Assembly: GCA_965112155.1 (NCBI GenBank)
Contig: OZ218103.1
DNA: 64,000 nt
Reading direction: 5' to 3' (one strand)
Source of the DNA: Podarcis liolepis
Lineage: Eukaryota
Part shown: positions 48,006-60,600 of the stretch, in pieces
Layout: every line of letters starts with the position of its first letter
Numbering within the stretch: the stretch's first letter is position 1
The notes under the pieces: model-generated
Database searches by the model: none
Told to the model about the DNA's origin: nothing
What the model saw: only the letters and a program-made list of their open reading frames with translations
Program-made: the position numbers and the translations under genes

Positions 48006-50495
48006 CATGAAGGAAGTGCTGCGATAATTCTGTGCATGCACACTGGAGAACGAAAATACAAATGGATGCAAGATGGCATTTTCCACTTTTTGTGAGAGCA
48101 TGTACACAAGTCCTTTAAAAAATGTACATCATGTTTAAAATAAGATGTAAAATGCGTAAACACTTGTGAGTATATTATTATTGTCCGAATGACCTACATG
48201 CCTACATACATTTTGGGCCTACTCAAGGCCCAAGTTCTTGTCACTGTTTCCTGAGAGAGAGGGAGAGAGTACCTGCTGTTTCCAGCTTTACGTAAAGTAT
48301 AGAACTCCCTCCATGTTTATCTACTTAAGAAATTAGGCTTCTCAACCTTTGCAATAAAACTATCTCACCCCCCCCCGTCCCCCCTCAGATTCATTTGTTG
48401 TCATCACAGTGGTACCCTCCTTACTGTGTTTTAATTCCAGTCTCTAATCTCAGCGCTTCTGTGATAAATTAATTGTAATGATAGAGGCCACAGTTACGAG
48501 GGTTGCTCCGCTTGCTTGTAATCTGAGCGACAGGTTTAGGGCCTGCTTTATTTAAGATGCAAGGGTAATTACATGGGAGTTCGCATATGCAGGCAGAGAG
48601 ATATGATTCATTCTCCCGGCGACGGCCATGACACAGCTGTTTGTCGGATAAAATAGCGGAGCCGTGTTGTTACAAAATGTTCTCCTTATTATACCTCATT
48701 AAAAACAAGGCTGCGATAAGTCAGTCCTGGCAATGAATAAAACGTATTGCCCCCTGTAAAAGCTGATAGGAAAAATGGGGCTCACCCAAGCAGTATCGGG
48801 TCATTTCTTTATTTTTGAGACCTCTCCCATTCTCTTTACTTTATCCCTCTTTCTGTACTTTTGAGGCCGCCAAAGAGATATTATTTCCCCCCACTTTGTC
48901 ACCCATTGATTTTGTTCCCTCTCTTGTGCTACCTTGCTTTTTCCCAGTGTTAACTGACAAATACAGAAAGCAGCCAGAAGCAATTAGCAAAGACTTTTGC
49001 CAAGAACAAAAGAAGGGATTTGTTCTTCTCAGCCCAACATAAGTTGTTCCTCTTCACCTTTATCAAGAGCTACAGGCATCTGGAAAGGTAAAGATCTTTA
49101 TGGGGCTTGACTCTTTCAAAAGCAGGTTGAAAAAGAAAAAGACCCTTCCTTAAAGGGAAGAGAAAATATCCCCTCTATTCTCTTTCCCTGCCCCCCCCCC
49201 ACCTTCCCAGCTTCCTTTTTTTGCTTTTCATTTTTAATAGCCTTAAGTTTAAAGTGTTGTGGGTTTCCCTCCTCTCTGTTCTTTGTTACTCTGAAAGAAA
49301 ACAAAAAAGTTGAAACAATAAAAAGGCAATGTGGAAAAAAGTGAGTGACTTCTGAGAATGGCATCAGGGTGAGCTGTCGAGGAAAGGGCTCTCTGAACTG
49401 GCTTGCTGGAGCAGCTGCATCAATCCTGCATCTGCCACAGTTCCTGGGTGCTGGCGTTCAAAGAATGGCTTTGGTTTGTATGTGCTTGGATTTATTTTCG
49501 AATACACACTTTAAAGTATTGTGCTCTGCTGGGCTGCCCAGGATTTGGATTAATTATTAATTTCTTTGTCACTTTTCTGGCCTAAGGGTGCTTTTTAGGC
49601 TTGATTTTTACTGATGGGAAAAATCAGATCTGTAAGGCTGAAAATCCTCTTCATTCTTCTCAACCTTTTCTAACATCGCCTAGAACAGGGATAGTCAATG
49701 TGGTGCCCCATCATTCCTGGCCTTTTGCTATGTTGGTTGGAGCTGAGTTGGGAGTCCAACATTTGGAAGGCTATTTTTTCCCTGTAACCTGCACCAAAAA
49801 AGTGAGCAGTACCTGTCTGTACTGAGGAAAACTGAGGCCCATGCTTACTTAGTATTTGATCTAGCCAGAACTGCTTGCAAGGTATTTCAGTTTATACAAA
49901 TGTAAAGGAAGGGGGTGGAAGCACTTAATTGGTCAGTCAGCTAATTAACCCCGGATTATCTATAATGTTCTTAGGAACCTTGCTACACAATGAATGGCCC
50001 CCAAAATTTATTACCTTAATGCAAAGAGGACATAGCTTAATTGCGACAGAAATTAAAAAGAATAATCTGTAGAAACTGGTTTATGATGCATGGTACCTCC
50101 TGTAACAGCAGCAGCAGAGTAGTAGTAGTAGTTGTTACTATTATTTTTTCAATGCTTTTTCCAGAAAATAACATATTAGAAAAGCATAATACAAAAAGAA
50201 GGGAAGGAGCAAAAAGTTGTGCAAAACTCAGGAAAATTAACGATACATAGTAATACACAAGTGATTTTTATGTAATCCTACCCAAATAGATACCAAGATT
50301 ATTAAGTTTATAGCAAAGAAGCTTAAGGCAGTATACATCACTCTCTTCCATTTTATCTTCACACTATCTCTGAGAATTTAGGCAGAGAGGTAACAACAGC
50401 CTTAAGTTTGTCTGCGGATTTCATGGCTGAATGGGGATTTGAGCCTAGGTCTCCGCCTCTAACCACCTTACCACACAGGCTCACATAACTGTGAT

Positions 50496-51388
50496 TAGGG
50501 CTGGGTGATACTGGGTTTTCAGCATCGTGGTGTATTGCCAGCCAGTCATCTGCGTTTGGCGATATACCGCGATGCTGAAAAAACCTGCAATGGCCCCAGC
50601 TTGTGAGATGCCAGGTGAAACTGCTGCAGCTTTCATCGTGGAAGCTGAGATGCTTTCATCTAGCACATCGTGGGCTGTGGCCAATGCAGCTGGCCCAGCC
50701 TGCTGCTCAGCCAGGGGGCAGAAAGGCTCCTGCCTCCAGCTGAGCGAGCCTTGAGGCCCCTGCCGCTCATGCTGGAGCAGCAAGGACCTTGGGGCTCTTT
50801 GGCCAAGTTCCCTCTGCCTTCACTTGTATGGGGGGGTGGGGTGCGCGAGTTACCTTGCCAGCTTGCCCCCCACTCCCTGAAGACGGACTAAGCGACAGTA
50901 GCCAAGTACACAGAGCCTGCCTTCACTTTCACACGTGTAGGTGCGCTGTCTCTTTCCTCTCATGGGGGGTCATTCACCCCAGGAGGAATGACACAGCCCA
51001 CCCTCCTGGGAGAAGTTCGTAAGGCACGGGGTGCCTTGCAGAGAGGGGCTGTTGGAGGCTGCTGCCCAGTGCTGGCCCACCAGCAGCAGCCAAGAGCCCC
51101 TACACCACCTGGCTGCCTTCCACCAGCGCTGATTCAGCTTGCTTCTCCCTCTGCTGGGGCAGAATGCGATGGTGCTGGTATGTCACTGGTAAAACTGCCG
51201 CCATTTGAGTCACTCTGCCTCCAGCTCCCATCTAGTTTGTTTATCCCTCAGTGCGCTGGGCGCTGGAGGCAGAGGGACTCAAGTGCGGTGACATTTTCAC
51301 CAGTGATATACCGCTGAGTGAAGCTGTCATTGTGGTCTGCCCCCACATACCGGTCCTGGGCGATATATTGATATATCACCCATGCCTA
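50496..51388. mobile_element. hAT (Ac-like) non-autonomous element, 893 bp, GC-rich interior
   Basis: TIRs TAGGGCTGGGTGATA / TATCACCCATGCCTA; perfect 8-bp TSD ACTGTGAT (50488-50495 / 51389-51396); subterminal GATATACCG / CGATAT repeats. Confidence 0.92.
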
Positions 51389-51944
51389 ACTGTGATAAAA
51401 GTTTCTTCCTACTTCTGTGTTTCCCGTGATCCCAGAACAGCTAGTTGCTGTGGCAACAGTATCTTTATTTGGTGCAGAGAACCCCAACCTGACATGGTGG
51501 CAACAGGTGCCAGGTTGGTGGTGCTCATTTATTTTTTCGGGGCATTTTGTTTGGAATTTTTTGGAAATGGCAAGCACTTTCTTCACCTGTGGAGGGGTTT
51601 TACTGAGTGTGTGTGTGTGTGTGTTTGTGTGTGTGGTATGGAAGTGAGAGAGTGAGATGGACATGAGGAGAGAGAAAGGAAAAAATACACGCAGGGTTCC
51701 TGTTCCCGGACCCTGCTTGTCTCAGTGAAGTGCGCATAAGCGCTCCCTCATTCTGCCCTCTTCCATGTCCAAAAGGACCCGTGAGCCTCCAATCACGCGT
51801 CAGTATTGTATATGTAAAGTGCTTGTGTGTGAACGATGCATGTGTGCCTGTGGTGCTGTATATACAAGAGAGGGTAAGTGTGGTGTGACCACCCCGATTA
51901 TTTTTCCTGGCACTGGGGTATGTTCCATGTTGTTATTAGACAGC

Positions 51945-51947
<3 letters not shown>

Positions 51948-51980
<33 letters not shown>

Positions 51981-51986
51981 GTGTGT
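51948..51986. repeat. (TG)n microsatellite (others at ~3075-3118, 20244-20272, 51607-51634; (CA)n at 57422-57459)
   Basis: Direct read. Confidence 0.95.
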
Positions 51987-52506
51987 AAATCAATATTGTG
52001 TGATTTCCATAGTCAGGACCAACAGGACATAGGTGACTTCCTACAGCAAATATGAGGTTGCCTTGGGTAGGGGGAGTTTGTTGGGGAAACAGCAATGACT
52101 GCACTCCCCCTAATTGTGTGGTATGTCATGCCCCTATAGCAGCCATTTTGTGTAATGCCATGCCCTCACAGCAGCCATTTTGTGACTGGCACCACAGCAC
52201 TTTGTCAAAATTTGAAATGTGCCCGTTGGTCTAGGATGATGGCTGGCATCGAGCCAAGCTGTGGCATAGATCTGCCACAATGATGTGTGTATCAAGTCTG
52301 AGTCCATGTTATGTGAATTTTGTTCTGCTGATCATTGCTCTAGACCAGATGCTTCATTATTTGTGGTGTGTCTTGAGGGTTTTACTTAGGCAGCGACTTC
52401 TATTGTACCTCTTCGTAGCTGAACTGTAGATTTGCTTCCTGTTACTACAATGTGTTTTGAGCTCCTGTTGCAGTTTAGTAGCACCCCATAGCTTATTAGC
52501 AGGCGG

Positions 52507-52680
52507 TAGGGTGGCCATATGAAAGAGAGGGCAGGGCTCCTGCACCTTTAGTAGTTACATAGAAGAGGGAATTGTGGCAGATGTAGCTTCCGTGGCATTA
52601 AATCTGCTGAAATTCTCTCTTTAGCTACACAACTGTTCAAGATGCAAAAGCCTTCCCCTCTTTACTTTTGGGCATTGTAG
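52507..52680. mobile_element. Palindromic hAT-like MITE
   Basis: Starts TAGGGTGGCCATATG. Arms GGCTCCTGCACCTTTAGTAGTT...AGAGGGAATT and AAATTCTCTCT...AACTGTTCAAGATGCAAAAGCC are complementary. Confidence 0.6.
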
Positions 52681-53419
52681 CAAGTGGATTTTTAAACGTA
52701 ACTGTGTGAGTTTGCTTTTACTGGCCAAGTAGAGGTTTCACAATTCAAACCTGAATGAACTTCCCGAGTACTTTCCTTAGGGCATTTTTAGCAAATTTGT
52801 AAGGGAAAGGACTTGATTAAAGTAATTATTGAGACGAATCTTTGTGGTTTTATGTTTCAAATTAGATGAGAAAGTCCAAAGTAGCTAGGGCAACTTGTTA
52901 CTTGACCTCTATAACTCTCATAATCTCTGCATGCAAACCTCTTCCTAGCTCTCTGGACTTTTCTTCATAGTTCTTGCGTGGACTTGAATGTTGCACTATT
53001 GCAAATATTCTGTCTGGGCAAGCGTTTCACCTTGCCAGAAAGAATATCTCTCCTTTTCACCCTGTGTGCTGTCCTGGGCATTTTCCTGATCCCACCAGAG
53101 CCATTCCCAAGGGGCATGTGGTGGGGAGATGCGAAAGGCCTATTGCACAAGTGGAAGCACTTACGCAGGGCTTCTGCTGATGTGGCTCATTAGATGAGTT
53201 CTGCCCCTTAGTCCCAAGCAGGATTGCTATGCCTTAGTTCAGGAATGGACAGCATACGGAGCCAAACGAAAAATATACCCTGGCTTGGTGAGCCCCAGGT
53301 AAATTGCAGTTTGGTTTAAGGTGATCGGTGTAATTTGCACAGAGGTTATGGCATCATCCCATAACAGGTAGAAGCATTATCTTTCTTAAATGACAGTGGG
53401 ATTATTAAACTTTATTGAA

Positions 53420-53483
53420 AATAATAATAATTTTCTTATCTATACCCTGCCTATCTGGTTGGGTTGCCCCAGCCACTTTGGGG
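53420..53483 (-). mobile_element. Very short L2 3' tail (family of 7365 / 27719)
   Basis: AATAATAAT...TATACCCTGCCTATCTGGTTGGGTTGCCCCAGCCACTTTGGG is the reverse complement of the L2 terminal sequence. Confidence 0.75.
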
Positions 53484-56228
53484 GGGAATGTGGGGGGAAT
53501 ACAATTCCGACCTTCTGAACTCTTGAAATGCACAAGTTGTGAGATGTGGAGAACAATGGATTTGGGTTTGCTGTTATATAATTTCTTTTTGTGCTGATTT
53601 CTGTAGCCCAAGGGTAAACAGAAGCTCCTGGCAGGTGAGCCACTGCTGCTTACTTAGGAAGGGGAGAGGCAAGGTGGTGAAGGTGCAGGAATGCCACACT
53701 GACTCCACTAGTGTGTAGGTACAGCGCTCACCTCTCTGCTGCATTACCCCTCCCAATAAGCAGCAGCAACTCACCCCCAGGAGGTCAGGTAAGCATTTCT
53801 GCTCCACCACACTGTCCACTAGTGGGAGTAGACTCTAAATCGCTTCGGCTACCTTTGCTGTGCCAAGGCCTTGCACCCTGAAAAGTTTATCCATTTATTG
53901 GTGGGTTAGTCACTGTACAGAAAATATTTGCAACAAAAAAAAGCCTTGGTGGTTAACTATGTTCCCTCTCCTATTCTAGCACATATGTGCAAATTCATTT
54001 CGAAACACAAATGCAGTCACAAAGTCTAGAAATGTTCAAACGGCTATAGAATTTAACAGTAACCATCGTTACAGGTTACTACTTTGTAAAAGGTATACTT
54101 TTATTGTGTATTATTTGGATTCTACATCCCTTCAAGTTACGCTGTTGATCCAGACACCCCTATCAACACTGTCTTATAAATGTTAATTAATTGTATAGGC
54201 TGTGTTCAAATAAGTTTTACTCAGAATAGACCAATTCTAATGTATGAACATGACTCAGGCTGAATGATGTGTCCTCTAAGCAGTACCTGATGAACAGCAT
54301 CATGAGAGGGCTGTTTCCAGCTACCCCACCCTTTGCCCTTAGAGGCCTTATAAGTAGCTGCTACAGGAAAGGGATACTGGGAGGGGTGTTTCTAGGACTA
54401 AGATGAAACTATGATGCTCCCTTGTTATTTTTGATAGTGGATGCTACATGTTGTTTAAGTAAATCTAGTTATATTTCTAGTACTGGAATGCTGGTTTTTG
54501 GTACATTATTACATTTGTTACATTCTGCTATGGTGCATTATTACATTATTACATTCTGCTATGTTATTATGAAATTGTTTTCATAGTGTTTGTTTGAAAT
54601 GCACCCCTGTTTCTTTGTTGTGAGCAGCTTTTAGCATGATTTTTTAGTGGAAGAGCGGCCTACAAATTGAATGAATGAGAATGCTCAGCTTGCAGAATGT
54701 GACCTTGTAGGATGCTGAAACAGACTAGTTGGTCATTCTCTGTAACCCCATATATATATATACACATACATACACACCCACACTCACACCCACACACACC
54801 ATTGCCTTTTGTTTAGGGTTTTCCTGCAAGGAAAGGAGTCTGTTATCCTTAGGGTCTATTCTGCAAGGGCTTAAACATTGCAGGGCACACTATGAGCTAA
54901 TAGTTTAGATACGTTTTCAACTAAAGAAGTAGTAACTGGAATTTGGATTTTGATGGTCAATCTTTTAAAAAAAAGATTTTGGTGTTGAGATCTTCAAAAC
55001 CTCAATAGTGCTGCAGGAGAAGTGTTTGTTTCATAGATTCTGAAGTCCTTTAATCAAGGCACAGTTGGTTGCTAAATGCTGCTAAAGGGGCTAGATTCCA
55101 TATATGGAAGGACAGGCTGGTTGGCTACACAACTGCTTCCACTCATTGACCACAACTACCTTTCAACTTCTGAAAGGTAGAATTAAGAAGAGTGGCCATG
55201 TTAGTTACGAATGCCATGGGCTTGAGTGCCTGTGAGTGAGCACAAAATCCAATCCCTCTCGTGGTGCTGACTTCAGCATAGCGGATTGAGGTCAACTGCT
55301 ATAGTCACCAAATGGTGTTTGCTCTCATCGCCTCAAGAAGCAGGTGAGTAAATCTTGTGGCAAGCTTTGTTACTGTGGAGCTCCTTTGTATTGCACACAA
55401 AAGTCTCCCAACTCTTTTATTTTTGGCATGTGTGTGTGTGTCTGTCTGTCCTCTGGAGCCCCTAGATCACCAGCAGTAGCAGCAGTGGAGAGGGGACAAT
55501 AGGCTTTGTCAGGGCTGGGTTTCCCTCTTACATCGCCTCTGTCCTAGGGAAGGGGGGAGCCTGTGCAACTCAAGGAGGCTTTGTCTTGCTGGGTTTTATG
55601 CACTCTCTTTTGGAGGTAGGGATGGGGTGGGGGAGCAGTGGAACTCCTGAATTTTAATCAAGTTGAGCTTTGAAGAATTCAAGGCGGGGTGGGGTTGTTG
55701 AGAAGGAGGGGAAAAGAGGGGGTTGTTGAAGAGAGGTTACTTTCTAACTTAGACCAATGTGTCTGTGAAGGGGTTCTCCCCCCCCCATCAACATTTGCAG
55801 CACCCCTTGTGGCCATTGAAGCCTCGGGTTTAGAGTATGTTTTTTTCAAGATTTGGGGAAAATGGGTGGTGGTGATGGTTATGCTATTTGATGGAAGAGT
55901 GGTAGGCAGCTGCTTTGTAACTGTTCAGCAGTGGCGGCAGACACTTGTGGCTGTGTGGGAACTTCTGCCTGAAATGTGGGTATCTTTGAATGGCCTCTTC
56001 TCTGTCCAGGGAAACACCAGCCTAACTTCTTTCTCTTGCTGATGGCAGATTTGACTAGTGTTGGCTAAAATAATTCAATCAGCTCAGACTGTCTTTTCTC
56101 CTTCACTGAGAATTCAGGCTGGCCACAGCATAGATCATAGCAGCCTGCTTTGGGATAGCTGCCTAAATGCCAAGCAAACTATTATGGAAATACCTGACCC
56201 TGTCAGCATGCACTTAGGTAGAGTGTTA

Positions 56229-56472
56229 GGACTGGACAAATTTGTGGAGGATAAGGCTATCAATGGCTACTACCCATGATGCCTGTGTCCTGCCTCCAAA
56301 GTCAGTGGCAGTAATGTTTCTGAATACCAGTGGAATCCATGCGGTGTGTGTGTGCGTGCGCTCTTGTGCTCAGGTCCTTCGTGAAGGTTTTCCACAGGCT
56401 TCTGCGTAGTTACTGTGCGAACTGGATGCTGGGCTGGATGGGCTAATGGCCTGATACAGGAGACTCCTCTTA
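56229..56472 (+). mobile_element. CR1 LINE 3' end
   Basis: Encodes GLDKFVEDKAINGY (CR1 ORF2 C-terminus), then a 3' UTR with GGATGCTGGGCTGGATGGGCTAATGGCCTGAT. Confidence 0.8.
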
Positions 56473-57251
56473 CAGGCAGTGTAGGGGTAGAACTATCAGC
56501 TCCCTTCATTTTTAGTGTCTGTTGCTCTTAATAGAACTCAGCAGGGAGAAAGTTGGAGACAAAACTAGAATTAGTTGGTTACTTCTCTTATTGGCTCTGG
56601 CTACATCTACACACCCTGTCATAGGTGTCAACTTTTCCCTTTTTTAAAGGGAAATTCCCTTATTCCGAATAGGATTCCTCGCAAGAAAAGGGAAAAGTTG
56701 ACAGTTATGCTCCCTGGCTGCTGCCATACTAGTCCCAGTGGGCACCAGCCACCACTGTTTGAGAGGCAAAGGGTGGAATGACACACTGTGCAAACCTTTC
56801 TGAAGCACCTGAGATAGCAGTGTAGGGCTGGTAGCAAGGGGGCTTACACTTTCCCTTCCACACTGTGGTTCCAGTGACAACCCCAACCCCAAATCTGCTA
56901 TTTGTCATAGGAGGGAAGATTCCCTTACCTAACATATAGCAGCTTCTGACAGTGGGTGTTTGTTGGAACTGCAGCATGGGAAGAAAGAGTTTTAAAAAGA
57001 TTTCTAGACTGCTGGCCATTAGAATAATTCTGGAGCTATAGACAAGGGAGTGCCTAGTAGTCTCACTTATCTTTCTAGCTGTTTTGTGTACTCCTACTAA
57101 CTTCTCCAGTGATACTTTGGTCTTCAGGGCCACTAGCAGGATCTTCGGCTCCTAGCATAGTATTTGCATTCAGTCCTCACCTCTCTGCTCCTGAGTGGTG
57201 CAGCTTATAGATGGCTGTACGACAGATCTCTGAAATGGCACTCTGTAATCT

Positions 57252-57418
57252 AAGAGTTGGAAAACCATTTTCAGCCTGAAGGGCCACTTTCTTTCATGGG
57301 AAGCCTTCCAAAGGCCACATGCCAGTAGTGGGTGGGGTCAGAGGTAAATGCGGTCAGAGCAGTGCATGTGGCTCTGTAGGTCCAATAGGCTATATTCCAG
57401 CCTTGCAAAAATCAAAGG

Positions 57419-57463
<45 letters not shown>

Positions 57464-57648
57464 CATCCAGGCAAGCAAGAGGCATTATCACATTTGAATG
57501 ACACATTCTCGCAAGGCAAAAGCAGAACAGGGTCATTGAGAGGTGCAGCTTTGGAAGGGAGATTGGCCTAGGGAAAATCCCGAGGGCCAGATAAAGAGGC
57601 CTGGGAACATTTGGTCCCCAGGCACAGGCTCTACAGTTTACACCCCTG
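57252..57648. mobile_element. hAT-Charlie-like element carrying an internal (CA)n; related to ~35625-36100
   Basis: GGAAAACCATTTTCAGCCTGAAGGGCCAC ... GAGGGCCAGATAAAGAGGCC ... ACACCCCTG; shares GGGTGGG(G/A)(T/C)CAGAGG and CCAGATA(A/G)AGAGG with the 35.6-35.9 kb element. Confidence 0.6.
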
Positions 57649-60600
57649 TCGTGATCGATTCATCTGTATCCCCTCCCATCTGCAATCTGCTCATCTTATA
57701 TATGTTGCTCTCTTAGCCCATTTTCACATCAGCTGCTTTGCTCTATTTTTCTTTGTACAAACCTTCTGAACATTGTTCTATTTTAATTTCTTTCAAATTT
57801 ACATTTCTGTCACTTTAAACCCTTTTAAGCAGCCACATTAGTGTAGTATTGAAACACAGCACAGGAATGTGATTCTCCCAGTACTATACAAACCTGTGTC
57901 ACTTTTTTTCAATCTCCTCTCAGAGTCTCTGTCTAGATGGCATGGTATCTTATTGTACCATGCTTGACTTTATCATTCAGCTGCCTGAGAAGTTACTTTC
58001 CTTTGTTTTGGGCAGAGTCATTTAATATGAAAGCAAGTTCCAAGGCATCCTTGCACTGTGATTCTTTGTCATTGTTCTTGTCTTCAATAGGACCTGTTAT
58101 ATGCCCTGAACCCCAAGGACTTGCTTCCATTGATGCCTTTTTCTCTAGATCAGTTGAGCTCCTGCTTTCCACTAAGACACAGCTGTCCCTATGGGATTGA
58201 CACTGCATCATGGCTCTAAAAAGATTTACAATATCCATGGCAATCTTTCATAATCACTGATGCATGCATGTTCCATGTGGGCAAGAGAAGTGCCTGTGTT
58301 GGAGCTTTCATATGGCTCCTGTTTTCTGGGCTCAGCATATCCTATGGCTCCTGCTCTCACTTCCTGCCATAATGAAGTGGCAGCAGTGGGAAGTGCAGAA
58401 ATTGGGTGCTTTTAGACTGAGGGGTTGTAGCCAACTTATTTTTACTCAGAGTAGACTTATTGAAATTAATGGAACTAAGTTAGTCATGTTCATTTATTTC
58501 CGTGGATCTACTTTTGACTAGGAATAGTATTAACAACAACTCATGGCTCTTAGCTCTAATCAATCACTGCCCTTCTGCTATAAGCTACATGTGAAATTGC
58601 AATGGCCTTCCACATTTCAGGGGGTATGAAAATTGTTTGTGTGTACACCCCAATTTGTTCTGCGTCTATTAGTGTGTGCGACATAGCTGTATCGGTAACA
58701 TGGCCTACAACTTCTCTAAAAGGTACTTTTAGAGAAGTTTTAAAAAAGGAAGGTGGTACAATTATGTTGGCAAGAAAATTAAAGTGTGCTGAAAGAGGTG
58801 AGTAGCACACAGCCACCCCCTCTAAAAAGATGGAAGAATAGTGCTGAGGCAATCCACACCTGTGGAGACTGTGCTCCTATTCTGTACATCCCCAAAATTT
58901 AAATTTTCTGTGGTCAAAAAAAAGGGATGGAAGAACCTTAAGGAAAGAACCACTGTTAATTACAGTGTCATGTAAAAGTCCTATAAAAAGTGAATGACCA
59001 ATGTGTGGGTATTGCAGAGTAAATATTCAGTGGGGAAGAGATGAGTAATTTGTGTAGCTACTAATAAGTAATACTCTGACAAACACTAAGTGAGATGGTA
59101 AACAGGTGCCAGTAAATCCTGATCTGCCGTCTACCAAACAGATCTAAAGATTCTTAACAAGATCAAGATCGACTGATAATTATCAAGAGGAATATATTCT
59201 GTTAATGCCAACCAGATTAATTCCTCCCAGGAGCTGGGGGAACTGAACAGACTGGTCTAATTTGTGATTTTTTAAATCTTTGATTCATATTTGATTGAGT
59301 GATTGAATGATGGAGTAACTGATGCCATTAAAAAAATTAGCATTATTTTTTCCATTGAAGATGAGTTGACTTCCCTTCTGTTCCTGCAAATAACTTTTAT
59401 TTTTAACATGAATTGCTCTGGAATTTTGACATTGGTGCTTATTCTCACAAGTAATTCGGATCTATTTTCTTTCTGTTTTTAATTAAGGTTCAAGTTGATA
59501 ACTACCTGTTATGGGCAAGAGTTAAGTCAAAGCTATGCTAGTGGTCTTCACAAGTTAGATGTATTTTATAATACCTAATGAAGCTGTATGAACCTTCCTT
59601 CCTTCAAGTAAAACTATAATGCAGTTTTAATGTTAGCAACCACCAAGCAGGAATAGCAGCTCTAACTTTAAAGCCATTCTTAGTATTCTTGCTTGACTTG
59701 TATTTTGTACACATTTGGCCTGCTATTTGCCTCCTTTGCTAGGCAGAGGCCTTACAAATTTCATTCCCAGCAGTGCTGGAAATTCATGGGTGGTTGAGTT
59801 AAACCTGAGACTGCATCCTGCTTTACCTTGTGTTTCCCTCCCCACTGTTGTCTCCCTTAATTCTTTTCTGTGGTTTTGGTCCCACCTGATTCTTGCTTGC
59901 TGGATCGCTGCGCCTCTATCTCAAGGCTCAGTTAACTTTCCTCCTGCAGCACAGGTTAAGCCTGTGCTAAGGGATTCTCCTGCACACCCTGCTTGCCTTG
60001 CTCTGTTGCCGACAGCTTTTTTCATTATTTATTTAATGTCTTGTACCGTAAATAATGGTGACTTTATGGTTATTAGGAACGGGTTAAGGTACATGCGGGC
60101 AGCACCAGGCTGCCTTCAAAAGGAGCAGCCCCGGCATAAAATGTTGTGATAATTGCTTTACTGCTGAGTGCTTGGTCTTTATTTTGTGTCCGATTTGTCT
60201 CTTAAGCCAGCGTAACATTCTCCCCGCTGCAGGAGAATGCCGAGAGCAAATTGAAGGTCTGAGCGTGAACAATGCAACATGGTGCACTGCTGGGTTTTTC
60301 TTTTCCCTTTCTTCGTTCCTCTGCCGACCACCCCAGTCCCCCTCCCCTTCTAGCTCTCAGCCTCTTTGCAATTATTACACCTCCCCAACCTCTCCACACC
60401 ATCTGAACTTAAGAGATACCATTGGTTCATCTGGCCCCAGCATTCAGCCCCCTTGAATGACCTATCCTGGATGCCTCAAAGGAAAATTTAGTAGAAGCCA
60501 TAGAGTTGTTCTTTAATAATTCACTGTCTATAAGTTAACCTCATTTCTAGCAACTAGAAGTTTGGGGACCACTAGAGCATGAGGTTGAACCCCTAATCCA

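Noticed and set aside
50481-51655. Cluster of ORFs as a possible transposase or captured gene
   Set aside because: They lie inside a non-autonomous hAT element, are short, and show no DDE/BED/dimerisation motifs.
54500-54570. Repeated TACATT/CATTCTGCTATG units
   Set aside because: Local slippage duplication in a T-rich, LINE-UTR-like tract; no sign of function.
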